Origin: Eledone cirrhosa
Taxonomy: Eukaryota
Length of the DNA stretch: 64,000 nt
Assembly (NCBI GenBank): GCA_964016885.1
Contig: OZ024759.1
Location: forward strand, 11,222,001-11,286,000
Direction: 5' to 3'
Shown here: piece after piece, positions 1 through 12,751 of the stretch
Position numbering within the stretch: the stretch's first letter is position 1
Layout: each line of letters opens with the position of its first letter
Notes under the pieces: generated by a model
The model's database searches: none
Told to the model about the DNA's origin: nothing
Seen by the model: the letters and a program-made list of their open reading frames with translations, nothing else
Made by a program: the position numbers and the translations under genes

Positions 1-144
1 GATACTTATCATCTATTGACTTTTCAGTCTGATTATTCTGAACGAGACAATAAATTTTCAAATTATTCACTCATAGATTTTTCCATATTTTGGCAAACAA
101 CACTTTTAAGTTCCAGTATTTCCAAATATATTTCTTTCACCGCA

Positions 145-195
145 GGGTCAAAGGTCACCCTGTTGGTCAAAGGTCACCCCATTGGTCAAAGGTGG
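145..195 (+). promoter_or_regulatory. Three tandem DR1-like nuclear receptor sites (19-bp period)
   Basis: GGGTCA-A-AGGTCA, TGGTCA-A-AGGTCA, TGGTCA-A-AGGTGG in otherwise unique sequence. Confidence 0.3.
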
Positions 196-380
196 TCAGT
201 TTTACTCTAACTTTATTTACTTAACTTCTCCAGTGCTGCATTATGATGTTTATAACAGATATTGCTATTGTTTGGTTCTTTTTTTTTTTTTTACATCTTG
301 TCTCACTTCACTCCAGATGTAAAGATGTAGGTCAGTTGTTAGATAGAATACTTTGTGGCATTTCTAACAGCTCTCTCTGC

Positions 381-642
381 TCTTCTTCTTCTTCTTCTTC
401 TTCTTCTTTTTCTTTTTTTTTTCTTTTTTCTTCTTTTTTCCTTTTTTCTTTTTTCTTTTCTTTTTTCTTTCCTTTTTTCTTTCTTTTTTTCTTTTTCTTC
501 CATTTCTTTTTCTTCCATTTCTTTTTCTTCTTTTTCCTCTTTTTCTTCTTTTTCTTCTTTTTCTTCCATTTCTTTTTCTTTTTCCTTTTTCTTTCTCCTT
601 TTTCTTTCTCCTTTCCCCTTCTTTTTTCTTCTGTCTTCTTCT
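381..642. repeat. Polypyrimidine low-complexity tract ((TTC)n/Tn)
   Basis: Almost pure T/C; explains the poly-F/K/E ORFs. Confidence 0.95.
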
Positions 643-663
643 TTGCCACTAATTCCTAAGAAG

Positions 664-896
664 ATCGTTGGGGAGCAGAGTTTTTAAACATGCCTTCCAG
701 TGGGTCCTCTCAGAAGCAACCATCTCCAATTGATCTGGCTGGATCCCCAAGTTAGAGCAACCGAGCTCATGGGTGTTATTGCTCGACAGATTTTACTGGT
801 GAGACTCGGGTAGAACTGGAGCAAGAGGGTTAGATAACATCTCTGTGTTCTCTGATTTCAAATCATACCAAGGTCAACTTTTCTTTTCATCCCTTT
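664..896. repeat. Dispersed repeat: short LINE-like 3' fragment on the minus strand plus a SINE-B fragment
   Basis: Near-identical to 26127-26359, related to 51130-51240 and 51900-52030; minus frame reads GIQPDQLEMVASERTHWKACLKTL, like a LINE C-terminus. Confidence 0.6.
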
Positions 897-1238
897 GGAG
901 GCACATGGCTTAGTGGTTAGAGCATTGGGCTTGCAATCGGAAGGTGGTGAGTTCAACTCTCAGACCGGGTGATGTGTTGTTTCCTTGAGCAAGACACTTT
1001 ATTTCACATTGCTCCAGTTTACTCAGCTGTAGAAATGAGATGATAGGACTGGGGTCCCTATCATTCCACTGCAAAGTGGTCGTGGAGGTGCCACGACAAA
1101 AAAGCACCCAGCACTCACTGTAAATGAGGTTGGTGTTAGGAAGGACATCCAGCTGTAGAAATCAAGCCAGAATCAGTTCCCGTCCCACTCTTGCAAGCAG
1201 GGAAAAGTGGACGTAAAATGATGATGATGATGATGATG
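897..1238 (+). mobile_element. SINE family A (tRNA-derived head, CORE-like body, RTE-derived tail)
   Basis: A box TGGCTTAGTGG, B box GAGTTCAACTC, CCTTGAGCAAGACACTT...CAGCTGTAGAAATG body, tail matching the RTE 3' end plus (ATG)n; nine copies in the window. Confidence 0.9.
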
Positions 1239-1704
1239 TAGTTAGAAGAAAAAAGTATTTGTCTAGTACTGGGGTTGATTCTTCCTCTATATCTCTTTCT
1301 CATTTCCATATTCCTCTCTCTATCCTTTTCTGGAAGGAATCTGCTGTGTTACAACCTGGAGAGAGAGGAGATGTGTTCCATCTGGTTTAAATAAACCCAA
1401 GACACACCATATGTTATGGCAGCACCCCTACAACTTCATCAGGAGTTACGGCTCCATATATATATACACACTTCTTCATAATGTTCGTTTTTTTTCTCAT
1501 TGTTAGCCTTACTTCACCCACTGGTAAATAAGTAAACCATGTGACAATCTGGCAGAGGTCATTAGAGCATCAGATGGAATGTTTTGTGGATTTGTTCTCG
1601 TTGTCTGCTCTCCCTGAGTTCAGATCCTGCTGCAATCAACTTTACATTTCATCCTTTCAGAATCAATGTCTGATGGTTGACTGGGCAGTTGGTTGGTAGA
1701 CATA

Positions 1705-2575
1705 AATGTTTGATGGTTGGCTTAAGCGTTTGATGGTTGGCTTAAGTGTTTGATGGCTGGATTAAATGTTTGATGGCTGGCTTAAGTGTTTGATGGCTGG
1801 CTTAAGTGTTTGATGGCTGGCTTAAGTGTTTGATGGTAGGCTTAAATGTTTGATGGTAGGCTTAAGTGTTTGATGGTAGGCTTAAGTGTTTGATGGTAGG
1901 CTTAAGTGTTTGATGGTAGGCTTAAGTGTTTGATGGTAGGCTTAAGTGTTTGATGGTAGGCTTAAGTGTTTGATGGTAGGCTTAAGTGTTTGACGGTAGG
2001 CTTAAGTGTTTGACGGTAGGCTTAAGTGTTTGACGGTAGACTTAAGTGTTTGACGGTAGGCTTAAGTGTTTGATGGTAGGCTTAAGTGTTTGATGGTAGG
2101 CTTAAGTGTTTGACGGTAGGCTTAAGTGTTTGACGGTAGGCTTAAGTGTTTGATGGTAGGCTTAAGTGTTTGATGGTAGGCTTATGTGTTTGATGGCTGG
2201 CTTAAGTGTTTGATGGCTGGCTTAAGTGTTTGATAGTAGGCTTATGTGTTTGATGGTTGGCTTAAATGTTTGATGGCTGGCTTAAGTGTTTGATGGTTGG
2301 CTTAAGTGTTTGATAGTAGGCTTATGTGTTTGATGGTTGGCTTAAATGTTTGATGGCTGGCTTAAGTGTTTGATGGCTGGCTTAAGTGTTTGATGGCTGG
2401 CTTAAGTGTTTGATGGTAGGCTTAAGTGTTTGATGGTAGGCTTAAGTGTTTGATGGTAGGCTTATGTGTTTGATGGCTGGCTTAAGTGTTTGATGGTAGG
2501 CTTATGTGTTTGATGGCTGGCTTAAGTGTTTGATGGTAGGTTTAAGTGTTTGATGGTAGGCTTGTGTGTTTGATG
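1705..2575. repeat. 20-bp minisatellite CTTAAGTGTTTGATGGTAGG, about 43 copies
   Basis: Direct tandem repetition. Confidence 0.97.
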
Positions 2576-2722
2576 ACAGTTTCATGAGATTTGGAATTCT
2601 ATGTCATGGGACCCCTATATGACTCCTTCAGGAGTAGTAAGGGTCCCATTGTCACATATGGTGGTATTTATACTTGGCAGAGTCCATTCTCTCTCCACGT
2701 CTGAACACTACTGATTTCTTCC

Positions 2723-2757
<35 letters not shown>

Positions 2758-3460
2758 GAAGAATTGATCCCAATACTGGACTAGTAGTAATTTTTTTAAT
2801 GACCCCCCTGAGGTATTTGAACTTGGAGTGCAGAGAGCGAGAATGAATAACCACAAAACATTCTTTCTGATGTTGTAAAGATGACTCTGCCATTTCACTG
2901 CCTTCCTATTGAAAGAGTTAAGTTAACATGAAAGTTATTCCATTGATCAAACAAGCGGAACATTCATCATGAAAACCGATTGAAGTCCTTTGATTTTTAT
3001 TGAAGCATAACCTTCACCATATTTGCCAAAGTATTGATGAGAGGGAGAGAGGGGGGGGGGACGGGCGGGGGGAGAGAGAGAGAGAATCACTAAATATACA
3101 AGATTGTAAACTTGTTGGTGCTAGGAAATAACTAAATCAATGCTACCACCATCACCATCATCATCATCACCACCATCATCATCATCATCATCACTTACAT
3201 ATAAAACAATAAGTAAACCAGTCTTACCATATTTTATGAATGCGGCATTAAATGTATAACTAGAAATAAAATATTATTATTATTATTATTATTATTATTT
3301 AACATCTGTTTCCTCTGCCATCAAGGGGGTTGGATGTGGATAAGTTGTCACAGACTAAGTCAGTACTTTATCAGTGCTGTTGACCTCTCTGGGGGACTTG
3401 AGGCCACGTATTATGCATGCGTATGTTCTCACACCCTAGAGGCTGCACCAGGTGCATAAT

Positions 3461-3711
3461 ACTCACACTCACACACACTCACACACACACTCACACACAC
3501 ACACTCACACACACACTCACACACACACACACTCACACCCACTCACACCCACCCACTCACACACACCCACTCACACCCACCCACTCACACACACACACTC
3601 ACACACACACTCACACACACTCACACACTCACACACACACTCACACTCACACACACACTCACCCACACACACACTCACACCCACTCACACCCACCCACTC
3701 ACACACACCCA

Positions 3712-3754
<43 letters not shown>

Positions 3755-3770
3755 CCCCACACACACACAT
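3461..3770. repeat. (CA)n/(CACT)n microsatellite
   Basis: Direct; explains the poly-HT ORFs. Confidence 0.95.
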
Positions 3771-3997
3771 CAAAAGAGATCAATATGTAATATATAAAGA
3801 TTAGGCAGCTGTATGTGAGAATTAAATCTAAATATTGAAGACGTCGGAGGTTTGCGCCCCATCAATATCAGGAAACCACATGTCTAATATTTTGCAGACA
3901 TCTTAAAATTCTGGAAAAATATCAATTCCTAATGAACAAGAGGCCAGCCATTTCTCAGGCCACGTGTAGAGTAAAAATATGACAAGGTTTGATAGGA

Positions 3998-4412
3998 TCA
4001 TCATCATCATCATCATCATCGTTTAGCGTCCATCTTCCACGTTAGCATGGGCAGGATGGGCTGTCACTTTGTGAGGGATCAGGTTGGGGGACCGTGATTT
4101 GTTGACACAGAACTGATTCTGATTTGGGTTTCTACAGCTGGATGGCCTTCCTAACACCCAACCACATTTACAGTGTGGACTGGGTGCTTTTTTGTCATGA
4201 TACCTACACAACCGCATAGTGTGGATTGGGTACTTTTTGTCGTGACACCTACACAAACATTTTACAGTGTGGACTGGGCGCTTTTTGTCGTGACACCTAC
4301 ACGACCACTTTACAGTGTGGCCTGGGTGCTTTTTGCTGTGTCGCCTACATGACCACTTTACAGCGTGGGCTGGGTGGTTTTTGTTGTAACACCTACATGA
4401 CCACTACAGGGT
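3998..4412 (-). mobile_element. RTE-tailed SINE (family C) with about 5 tandem copies of a 48-bp internal segment
   Basis: (ATC)n tail, TTTCTACAGCTGGATGGCCTTCCTAACACC motif, repeated TTTACAGTGTGGACTGGGTGCTTTTTGTCGTGACACCTACAC. Confidence 0.8.
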
Positions 4413-4684
4413 GAAAGTGGTAATTGGTAACACTAGAAATAGCTCACACACAACTCACAAAAAACTACTCAACCAAGTTAGGAGCATACATATAAAAAAA
4501 CAATCAATATATAATAACTATATGGCTCTATGATAACTCTATGAGAGAATTAGCGCTAAAAATCCAAGACTTCAGAGATTTGCACTCTGCCAATATCATA
4601 GGAAACCATATAACTATTATTTTGCAGAGAATAATCTAATTAGGTTAACAAAATATAGAGACAGAATAGGTAATTATACTTAGA

Positions 4685-5074
4685 CTAGCTGGTCCCGTGC
4701 CATCAAAAATGATGGCTAATTGTAATATCTATACATAATATAAAAAAGAGATGTTTGTTTGCTTGTTGGTTGGTTCCTTCGTGCTCACTCACACAAGTGA
4801 TATAAACATACAGCTGAGACGAATCTTAGAATGCAGAACTTCTATAGTTTCTCACTCCTTCCCTCAGTCATCACATAGATGTGTGTGTATTAGACTCCCC
4901 TTCCTTCCTTAGTTGACGTAATCATCCCTTCCTTTCTCACTCTATGTAATCACCCCTTCCTTCTTCAGTCAACATAATCACCCCTTCTTTCCTCAGTCGA
5001 TGTAATCACCCCTTCCTTCCTCAGTCATCTCTATTGTGTGACGAACAAATACAAAAGGCTTTTATATTAGTAGA
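4685..5074 (-). mobile_element. Non-autonomous Helitron
   Basis: Minus strand 5' A^TCTACTAATATAAAA, subterminal hairpin GCCATCA/TGATGGC, 3' CTAG^T. Confidence 0.6.
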
Positions 5075-5600
5075 TTGCCACTAAGTTTTTACAAGGCCTA
5101 TATGGTACCATTGCATGCAGCAAAAATCATCAATATTTATTATTGACTAACATTGGCAAACAGTGAAGCCACGAGCTACAATCATCAATAGATGTCTAGA
5201 AATTCTAGAAAAATATTAGTTCCTAAAGAATGAGAGGCCAGCCATTGCTCAAGCCATGTGTAGAATAAAATCAAATTATAAGTTGCAAGAAAAGCTGGAT
5301 AAGAGGAATCAGATGTGCTGGAGAGAAGACTGCGCTGGTATGGACATGTGATGTGTTTACATGTTAAATGATGGTTAAAAGACTAAAACACTCGTAAAAG
5401 GTTTAAAATAAAATAACACCATCACATTACAAATGTTTCTCAGACTCTGAGAATACCAAATACTGGGTCACTATGACGTCTGCCTCACTGATTTGTAAAG
5501 TTCTAGAATTTCCTTAAAATAAACACTGACTTATATTTTGTTATTAATAAAACTTCTATAGTTGACCTTCTAGGTTTTTGTGGGATTCTATGTGGGTTAA

Positions 5601-5808
5601 CCCTTTAGCATTTAAGCCGGCCATATCTGGCCAGAATTCTCTCACCACTTGCTGTTCAAACCGGCCAGAACTGGCTGCTCATACTTATGTTAAGGTATTG
5701 TCCTTAAAATATATAATATCAAAATCTAGTAGACTTGGTATTATGTGAGAGATGTGAAGTAGTGTTTACCATGAAAATACAATAGTATATATAGAGTTAT
5801 GTAAAGGG
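5601..5808. mobile_element. piggyBac-like MITE
   Basis: TTAA-CCCTTTA...TAAAGGG-TTAA; related copy at 33294-34959. Confidence 0.8.
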
Positions 5809-6247
5809 TTAATATTATGGTAAACTATTTTTCTAACTAGTTTTGTTTCCCTTTCTCTGTTATAATGTGTAAATCACACAAGAAACCTTGGCTGCTAGAA
5901 GACCAGGTGGCAAGACGACCTTGAGAAAATTAAAAGATTTTGGCCTTAATTGGTTCACGATTGGCAAAGATGGTGCAGTTCAGGGAAGGCCTATGTCCAA
6001 CAACGGACTTTCTCGGCCTGATGATGATGATGAGTTATGGATTATTGTAAGGAATAAATTAAACTTGTATGGGGACTGTGGTTGAAAATATCATCAATGG
6101 CCTTTACATACTGTGTCACCATGGCACCTACCTCACAGATTTGGGCTGTTCGAAAATTTCCTATAAATAAATCGTTTTTTTTTTGTTTTTAAAATATTTA
6201 AAAATAAATTTCACTTTGTTTTATTCAAAACGATGGGGGTGCGATTT

Positions 6248-8418
6248 TATAGGTACAGTATATAACTGTTATAGGTACAGTATATAGCTGTTATAGGTAC
6301 AGTATATAACTGTTATATATACGTACAATATATAACTGTTATAGGTACAATATATAACTGTTATAGGTACAATATATAACTGTTATAGGTACAGTATATA
6401 ACTGTTATAGGTACAGTATATAGTTGTTATAGGTACAGTATATAACTGTTATATATACGTACAATATATAACTGTTATAGGTACAATATATAACTGTTAT
6501 AGGTACAGTATATACCTGTTATAGGTACAGTATATAACTGTTATAGGTACAGTATATACCTGTTATATATAGGTACAGTATATAGCTGTTATAGGTACAG
6601 TATATAACTGTTATAGGTACCGTATATAACTGTTATATATAGGTACAATATATAACTGTTATACAGTATATAGCTGTTATAGGTACAGTATATAACTGTT
6701 ATAGGTACAGTATATAACTGTTATAGGTACCGTATATAACTGTTATATATAGGTACAATATATAACTGTTATACAGTATATAGCTGTTATAGGTACAGTA
6801 TATAACTGTTATAGGTACAGTATATAGCTGTTATAGGTACAGTATATAACTGTTATAGGTACAGTATATAACTGTTATAGGTACAGTATATAGCTGTTAT
6901 AGGTACAGTATATAACTGTTATAGGTACAGTATATAGCTGTTATAGGTACCGTATATAACTGTTATAGGTACCGTATATAACTGTTATATATAGGTACAA
7001 TATATAACTGTTATACAGTATATAGCTGTTATATATAGGTACAGTATATAACTGTTATAGGTACAGTATATAGCTGTTATAGGTACAGTATATAGCTGTT
7101 ATAGGTACAGTATATAGCTGTTATAGGTACAGTATATAACTGTTATAGGTACAGTATATAACTGTTATAGGTACAGTATATAACTGTTATAGGTACAGTA
7201 TATAGCTGTTATAGGTACCGTATATAACTGTTATATATAGGTACAATATATAACTGTTATACAGTATATAGCTGTTATATATAGGTACAGTATATAACTG
7301 TTATAGGTACAGTATATAGCTGTTATAGGTACAGTATATAGCTGTTATAGGTACAGTATATAGCTGTTATAGGTACAGTATATAACTGTTATAGGTACAG
7401 TATATAACTGTTATAGGTACAGTATATAACTGTTATATATAGGTACAGTATATAGCTGTTATAGGTACAGTATATAACTGTTATAGGTACAGTATATAGC
7501 TGTTATAGGTACAGTATATAACTGTTATATATAGGTACAGTATATAGCTGTTATAGGTACAGTATATAACTGTTATAGGTGCAGTATATAACTGTTATAG
7601 GTACAGTATATAGCTGTTATATATAGGTACAGTATATAACTGTTATAGGTACAGTATATAACTGTTATAGGTACAGTATATAACTGTTATATATAGGTAC
7701 AGTATATAACTGTTATAGGTACAGTATATAACTGTTATAGGTACAGTATATAGCTGTTATATATAGGTACAGTATATAACTGTTATAGGTACAGTATATA
7801 ACTGTTATAGGTACAGTATATAGCTGTTATATATAGGTACAGTATATAACTGTTATAGGTACAGTATATAACTGTTATATATAGGTACAGTATATAACTG
7901 TTATAGGTACAGTATATAACTGTTATAGGTACAGTATATAGCTGTTATATATAGGTACAGTATATAACTGTTATAGGTACAGTATATAGCTGTTATATAT
8001 AGGTACAGTATATAACTGTTATAGGTACAGTATATAACTGTTATAAGTACAGTATATAACTGTTATAGGTACAGTATATAGCTGTTATAGGTACAGTATG
8101 TAACTGTTATAGGTACAGTATATAGCTGTTATAGGTACAGTATATAGCTGTTATAGGTACAGTATGTAACTGTTATAGGTACAGTATATAACTGTTATAT
8201 ATAGGTACAGTATATAGCTGTTATAGGTACAGTATATAACTGTTATAGGTACAGTATTTAATTGTTATACAGTATATAGCTGTTATATATAGGTACAGTA
8301 TATAACTGTTATAGGTACACTATATAACTGTTATAGGTACAGTATATAGCTGTTATAGGTACAGTATATAGCTGTTATAGGTACAGTATATAACTGTTAT
8401 ACAGTATATAGCTGTTAT
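6248..8418. repeat. 22/26-bp minisatellite TATAGGTACAGTATATAACTGT, roughly 95 copies
   Basis: Direct tandem repetition with variable TA insertion. Confidence 0.97.
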
Positions 8419-8899
8419 TTTCAACCAGCAATGTCTACCAACCACATAAATACTGCCTGGTGTACTTTGTACATAGAGAACTTCTTAACATGGAAATAGT
8501 CTAATCTTTCTTTTGTTGTTGTTGTTTGTTGTTTTATTTAATCTACCAATTTACTTCTATAATTATCCTATTATCCCTAATCTCTAATCTCTACTACTTT
8601 TACTATACTTATACTCTACTATAGAATTTTCTTAGTCTGAAATTTAGTACAAAGTGTAATTATTGGTATAATCAGATAAAAAAAAATATTACTAAATTGA
8701 GATTATTATATATAATCACGTGATAGTTAAGCTATTTTAAGCTTTTTATGTTTTTTTTTGTCATTCCTTTTTTTCTTATTTTTTTTTCAGTATATTTATT
8801 TAAAACGTTTTCATTACCATATTTCTACTAAAATGTTTTGTCTGATTTTCAAATATTTTTGGAAAACAATGAAAAATTTAGAATAATAATTTAGTAATA

Positions 8900-9057
8900 C
8901 AGGTAAAATTCTGTTATAAATAATACCATTATAACAAATGTTTCAGAATCCCCGGCCACATGCTCGATGTGTTTCAGTCAATTTTCTTATAAAGAATTTT
9001 TCGTTACAACAAATTGTTTTTATGCCTCAGGAATTTTGTTATAATGGAATTTCACTG
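8900..9057. mobile_element. Tc1/mariner (Tigger-like) MITE
   Basis: TA-CAGGTAAAATTCTGTTATAA...TTATAATGGAATTTCACTG-TA imperfect TIRs. Confidence 0.65.
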
Positions 9058-9254
9058 TATAACTTTTCTCATTATTTAGTTGATGTTTGGAACATTATAA
9101 AGGTTTTTACATAAAATTGTGATGGGATGTTTTATGTGTATATATTGATTTTAAAGTGTTGGAGCCCCTCTACTATCCCAGGTATCGAGTACTCTGCTGA
9201 ATAATCATCTTACTAGTTTAAAACCAGTAATTATGATGTTACTCTCTTTCTTTC

Positions 9255-10053
9255 ATCATCATTTTACGTCCACTTTTCCCTGCTTGCAAGAGTGGGACGG
9301 GTCTTATTCAACACAGCATCTCTCCATTTGTCACGGTCCTTCGTCATCTCCTCTGTGAGCTTCAGCGATCTGAGGTCTGCTCTCACCACCTCCGCCCATG
9401 ATTTTCTTCCTCTACTGCGTCTTCCTTCCACCGGGATTTCTTGGCACTTCTTTACCCAGCGGTCATCCTCCATACACATCACATGTCCATACCAACACCG
9501 TCTTCTCTCTCGCACATGAGTTTATCCCTCTTATACACAGTTTCTCTCTCAACTCATTTATGCTTGGTCATTCACGCACATTGACATTGCACATCCATCG
9601 GAGCATGTTTGCTTCATTTCTCTCCAGCCGTCACATATCCTCCACAGTTGCTGCCTATGTCTCACTTCCATGCAACATCGCGCATCTCACACAGGCATCA
9701 TATAACCTGGTTTTTGTTCGTAGGGAGAAACCCTTCTTTGTCAACAGAGGAAGCAGCTCCCTAAACTTCTTCCATCCTGTCCTTATTCTAGATCCTATGG
9801 CCTCGGAGTACCCTCCTCCCTTGCTAATCTGATCACCTAGTTATTGGAAGCTATAACCACTTCTATAGATCCCACCTGCATTTGAAAAATGTATCTATCA
9901 CTGCCACTTCTACTATCAAATTTCCCTGAACATCTATTGCATATGTAGTTTTCCCTACCTGTTAGTTTGCCTGCTATCCCACTATGCCTCTTGTGTACCC
10001 AAGATCTGCATTGTGTACATTCGGTAGAATTTATGCCAAACTCCTCTCCTTTC
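9255..10053 (-). mobile_element. 5'-truncated RTE-clade LINE (PHD-like finger, RT thumb and C-terminus, 3' end)
   Basis: Minus translation CTQCRSWVHKRH...CNRC, then WYGHVMCMEDDRWVKKC...TKDRDKWR; frameshifts and stops; (ATG)n tail. Confidence 0.9.
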
Positions 10054-10060
10054 TATATAT

Positions 10061-10399
10061 CATTTCATCATTTCATTTTACGTCCGCTTTTTCCCTGCTT
10101 GCAAGGGTGGGACGGGAACCGATTCTGGCTTGATTTCTACAGCTGGATGCCCTTCCTAACACCAACCTCATTTACAGTGAGTGCTGGGTGCTTTTTTGTC
10201 GTGGCACCTGCACGACCACTTTGCAGTGGAATGATAGGGACCCCAGTCCCTATCATCTCATTTCTTCAGGTGAGTAAACTGGAGCAATGTGAAATAAAGT
10301 GTTTTGCCCAAGGAAATAACACATCACCCGGTCTGAGAATTGAACTCACAACCTTTCGATTGCAAGGCCAATGCTCCAACCACTAAGCCATGTGCCTCC
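10061..10399 (-). mobile_element. SINE family A
   Basis: Reverse complement of 897-1238. Confidence 0.9.
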
Positions 10400-10500
<101 letters not shown>

Positions 10501-10672
10501 TGGTGTATTATAGTTGATGATTTTGTTTTGTATGATTTGTTAAAAATTTGATATCATTTCTAAAAAAAATATGTAAATGTGTCTGTATGAATATTTTAAA
10601 ATTATTTTCTATATTATTTTGTATATCCAATTTAATAATAGTTTTTCTTTTTTTCTTCCACCCTGCCTCCAG

Positions 10673-10678
10673 GAGGTG
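10673..10678 (+). other. Candidate 6-nt microexon (GAGGTG)
   Basis: Long pyrimidine tract ending ccctgcctccAG, then GAGGTG, then consensus donor GTAAGT; unique flanks. Confidence 0.35.
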
Positions 10679-10844
10679 GTAAGTACATATCTATATTATG
10701 TATCTATCTTTGTTTACTATATTTCACAGCTTTTTGGAAGCACTTTAAAAAAACCTCAAAAAACATAAACAACTGTTCCTGATATCCAATAGGCCTGTAT
10801 TACCGCTAGGAGGCCTGACTGAGGGTGAGGACTAACATGGTTAA

Positions 10845-11066
10845 AACAATTTAGTTAGTACTATTATTAGTATTACCAATACAGTAATACAATACAGTTT
10901 AGTTAGTATTACTATTAGTATTACCAATACAGTAATACAATACAGTTTAGTTAGTATTACCAACACAGTAATACAATACAGTTTAGTTAGTATTACTATT
11001 AGTATTACCAATACAGTAATACAATACAATTTAGTTAGTATTACTATTAGTATTACCAATACAGTC
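10845..11066. repeat. 48-bp minisatellite, about 4.5 copies
   Basis: TAGTTAGTATTACTATTAGTATTACCAATACAGTAATACAATACAGTT repeated. Confidence 0.9.
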
Positions 11067-11349
11067 TATATCAGTAAAATGATGTCAAACTTAAGAGTTT
11101 CTGAAAAAAAACAATGAAATCATTTTAAATAAATTTCTGAAGAAATGTACTAAAATTCTTTTTTTTCAAAATGTCTTTGTAAAACAAGAGGGTAGGGGGG
11201 CGTCTTATATGAAAGGGCGTGCAATAGGCCAGAAAATACGGTAATTATCTTGTTTTATGGATATTTAAATACAAACCCAAACATTTATTTTCTCTTTTTT
11301 ATTTTGTATTTTTTTTTACATTCCTGCATTTGTTATTCATGGACCAAAG

Positions 11350-11464
11350 CAGGGTCATATTTAGACCTCTTATGCCCTGGAGCTGTTGAGGTAGGCCTCT
11401 CATATAACAGCAAACAAATGATGTCCAGAGCATTCACTCAGCCCCTCTGATAAATCTGGCCCCT
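11350..11464. mobile_element. Degenerate hAT-like MITE
   Basis: CAGGGTCATATTTA...TAAATCTGGCCCTA imperfect TIRs. Confidence 0.4.
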
Positions 11465-11477
11465 AATCCAAGCCAAT

Positions 11478-12325
11478 ATAAACCACAATCCTACAATCAG
11501 CCCCTACCTATAAAACCCTACCATAACCATACAATCAGTCCCTACCTATAAAAACCCTAAACATAACCCTACAATCAGCCTCTAGCTATAAAACCCTAAC
11601 CATAACCCTACAATCAGCCTTTACATATAAAACCCTAACCATAACCCTACAATCACCACTACCTATAAAACCCCTAACCATAACCCTACAATCACCCCTA
11701 CCTATAAAAACCCTAACCATAACCCTACAATCACCCCTACCTATAAAAACCCTAACCATAACCCTACAATCACCCCTACCTATAAAAACCCTAACCATGA
11801 CCCTACAATCACCCCTACCTATAAAAACCCTAACCATAACCCTACAATCAGCCCCTACCTATAAAACCCCTAACCATAACCCTACAATCACCCCTACATA
11901 TAAACACCCTCACCATAACCCTACAATCACCCCCTACCTATGAAAACCCTAACCATAACCCTACAATCAGCCCTACCTATAAAAACACTAACCATAACCC
12001 TACAATCAGCCCCTACCTATAAAAACCCTAACCATAACCCCACAATCAGCCCCTACCTATAAAAACCCTACAATCAGCCCCTACCTATAAAACCCTAACC
12101 ATAACCTTACAACTACCCCTACCTATAAAACCCTACCATAACCCTACAATCAGCCCCTACCTATAAAACCCTACCATAACCCTACAATCAGCCCCTACCT
12201 ATAAAACCCTAACCATAACTCTACAATCAGCCCCTACCTATAAAAACCCTACAATCATCCCCTACCTATAAAACCCTACCATAACCCTACAATCACCCCC
12301 TACCTATAAAACCCTACCATACCAC
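11478..12325. repeat. 38-39-bp minisatellite containing CCCTAA
   Basis: AAACCCTAACCATAACCCTACAATCACCCCTACCTATA, about 22 copies. Confidence 0.95.
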
Positions 12326-12751
12326 ATCAGCTGGAAATGAAACATGCCATATATTTTATTTTGCTTTTTCTATTTGGAAGGAGTGTGGGGGGGGGGGGGT
12401 AATTATAATTTGAAAATGGAATTCTTTTTTGTTGCTACAATTTTTTAAAAAAATTAATGATTTGTTAAATTTATATTTTAGTCATATATTTTTATATATT
12501 TCTGTCATTTTGTTGGATATATCGAAAGAATTGTGTCAAAGCTTTTAAAAATTTGAAACAAATTTTACAAGAAACAAAACAAGAACTGTACTCATTAGCT
12601 GATATTTAAAATGAATATATTTTTTAATGAATATATGTTTTAAGTAATTAAAAAATAACTTTACATTGTATCTTATGAATTGAATTTAAAATGGAATAAT
12701 TATTGCAAGACATTCTTCTGTATTTATTTGTTAAAGTTTATGAAAAAAAGA

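Noticed and set aside
897-970. SINE A head as a real tRNA
   Set aside because: No acceptor stem closure; it continues into the SINE body in all copies
2668-2910. Minus-strand ORFs after an acceptor-like site
   Set aside because: No recognisable protein; runs into a (CT)n tract without a clear donor
5420-5495. Minus-strand GAAAC-ATTT-GTA with a CAGAC/GTCTG stem
   Set aside because: No CUGANGA core or convincing stem I; at most a very decayed hammerhead
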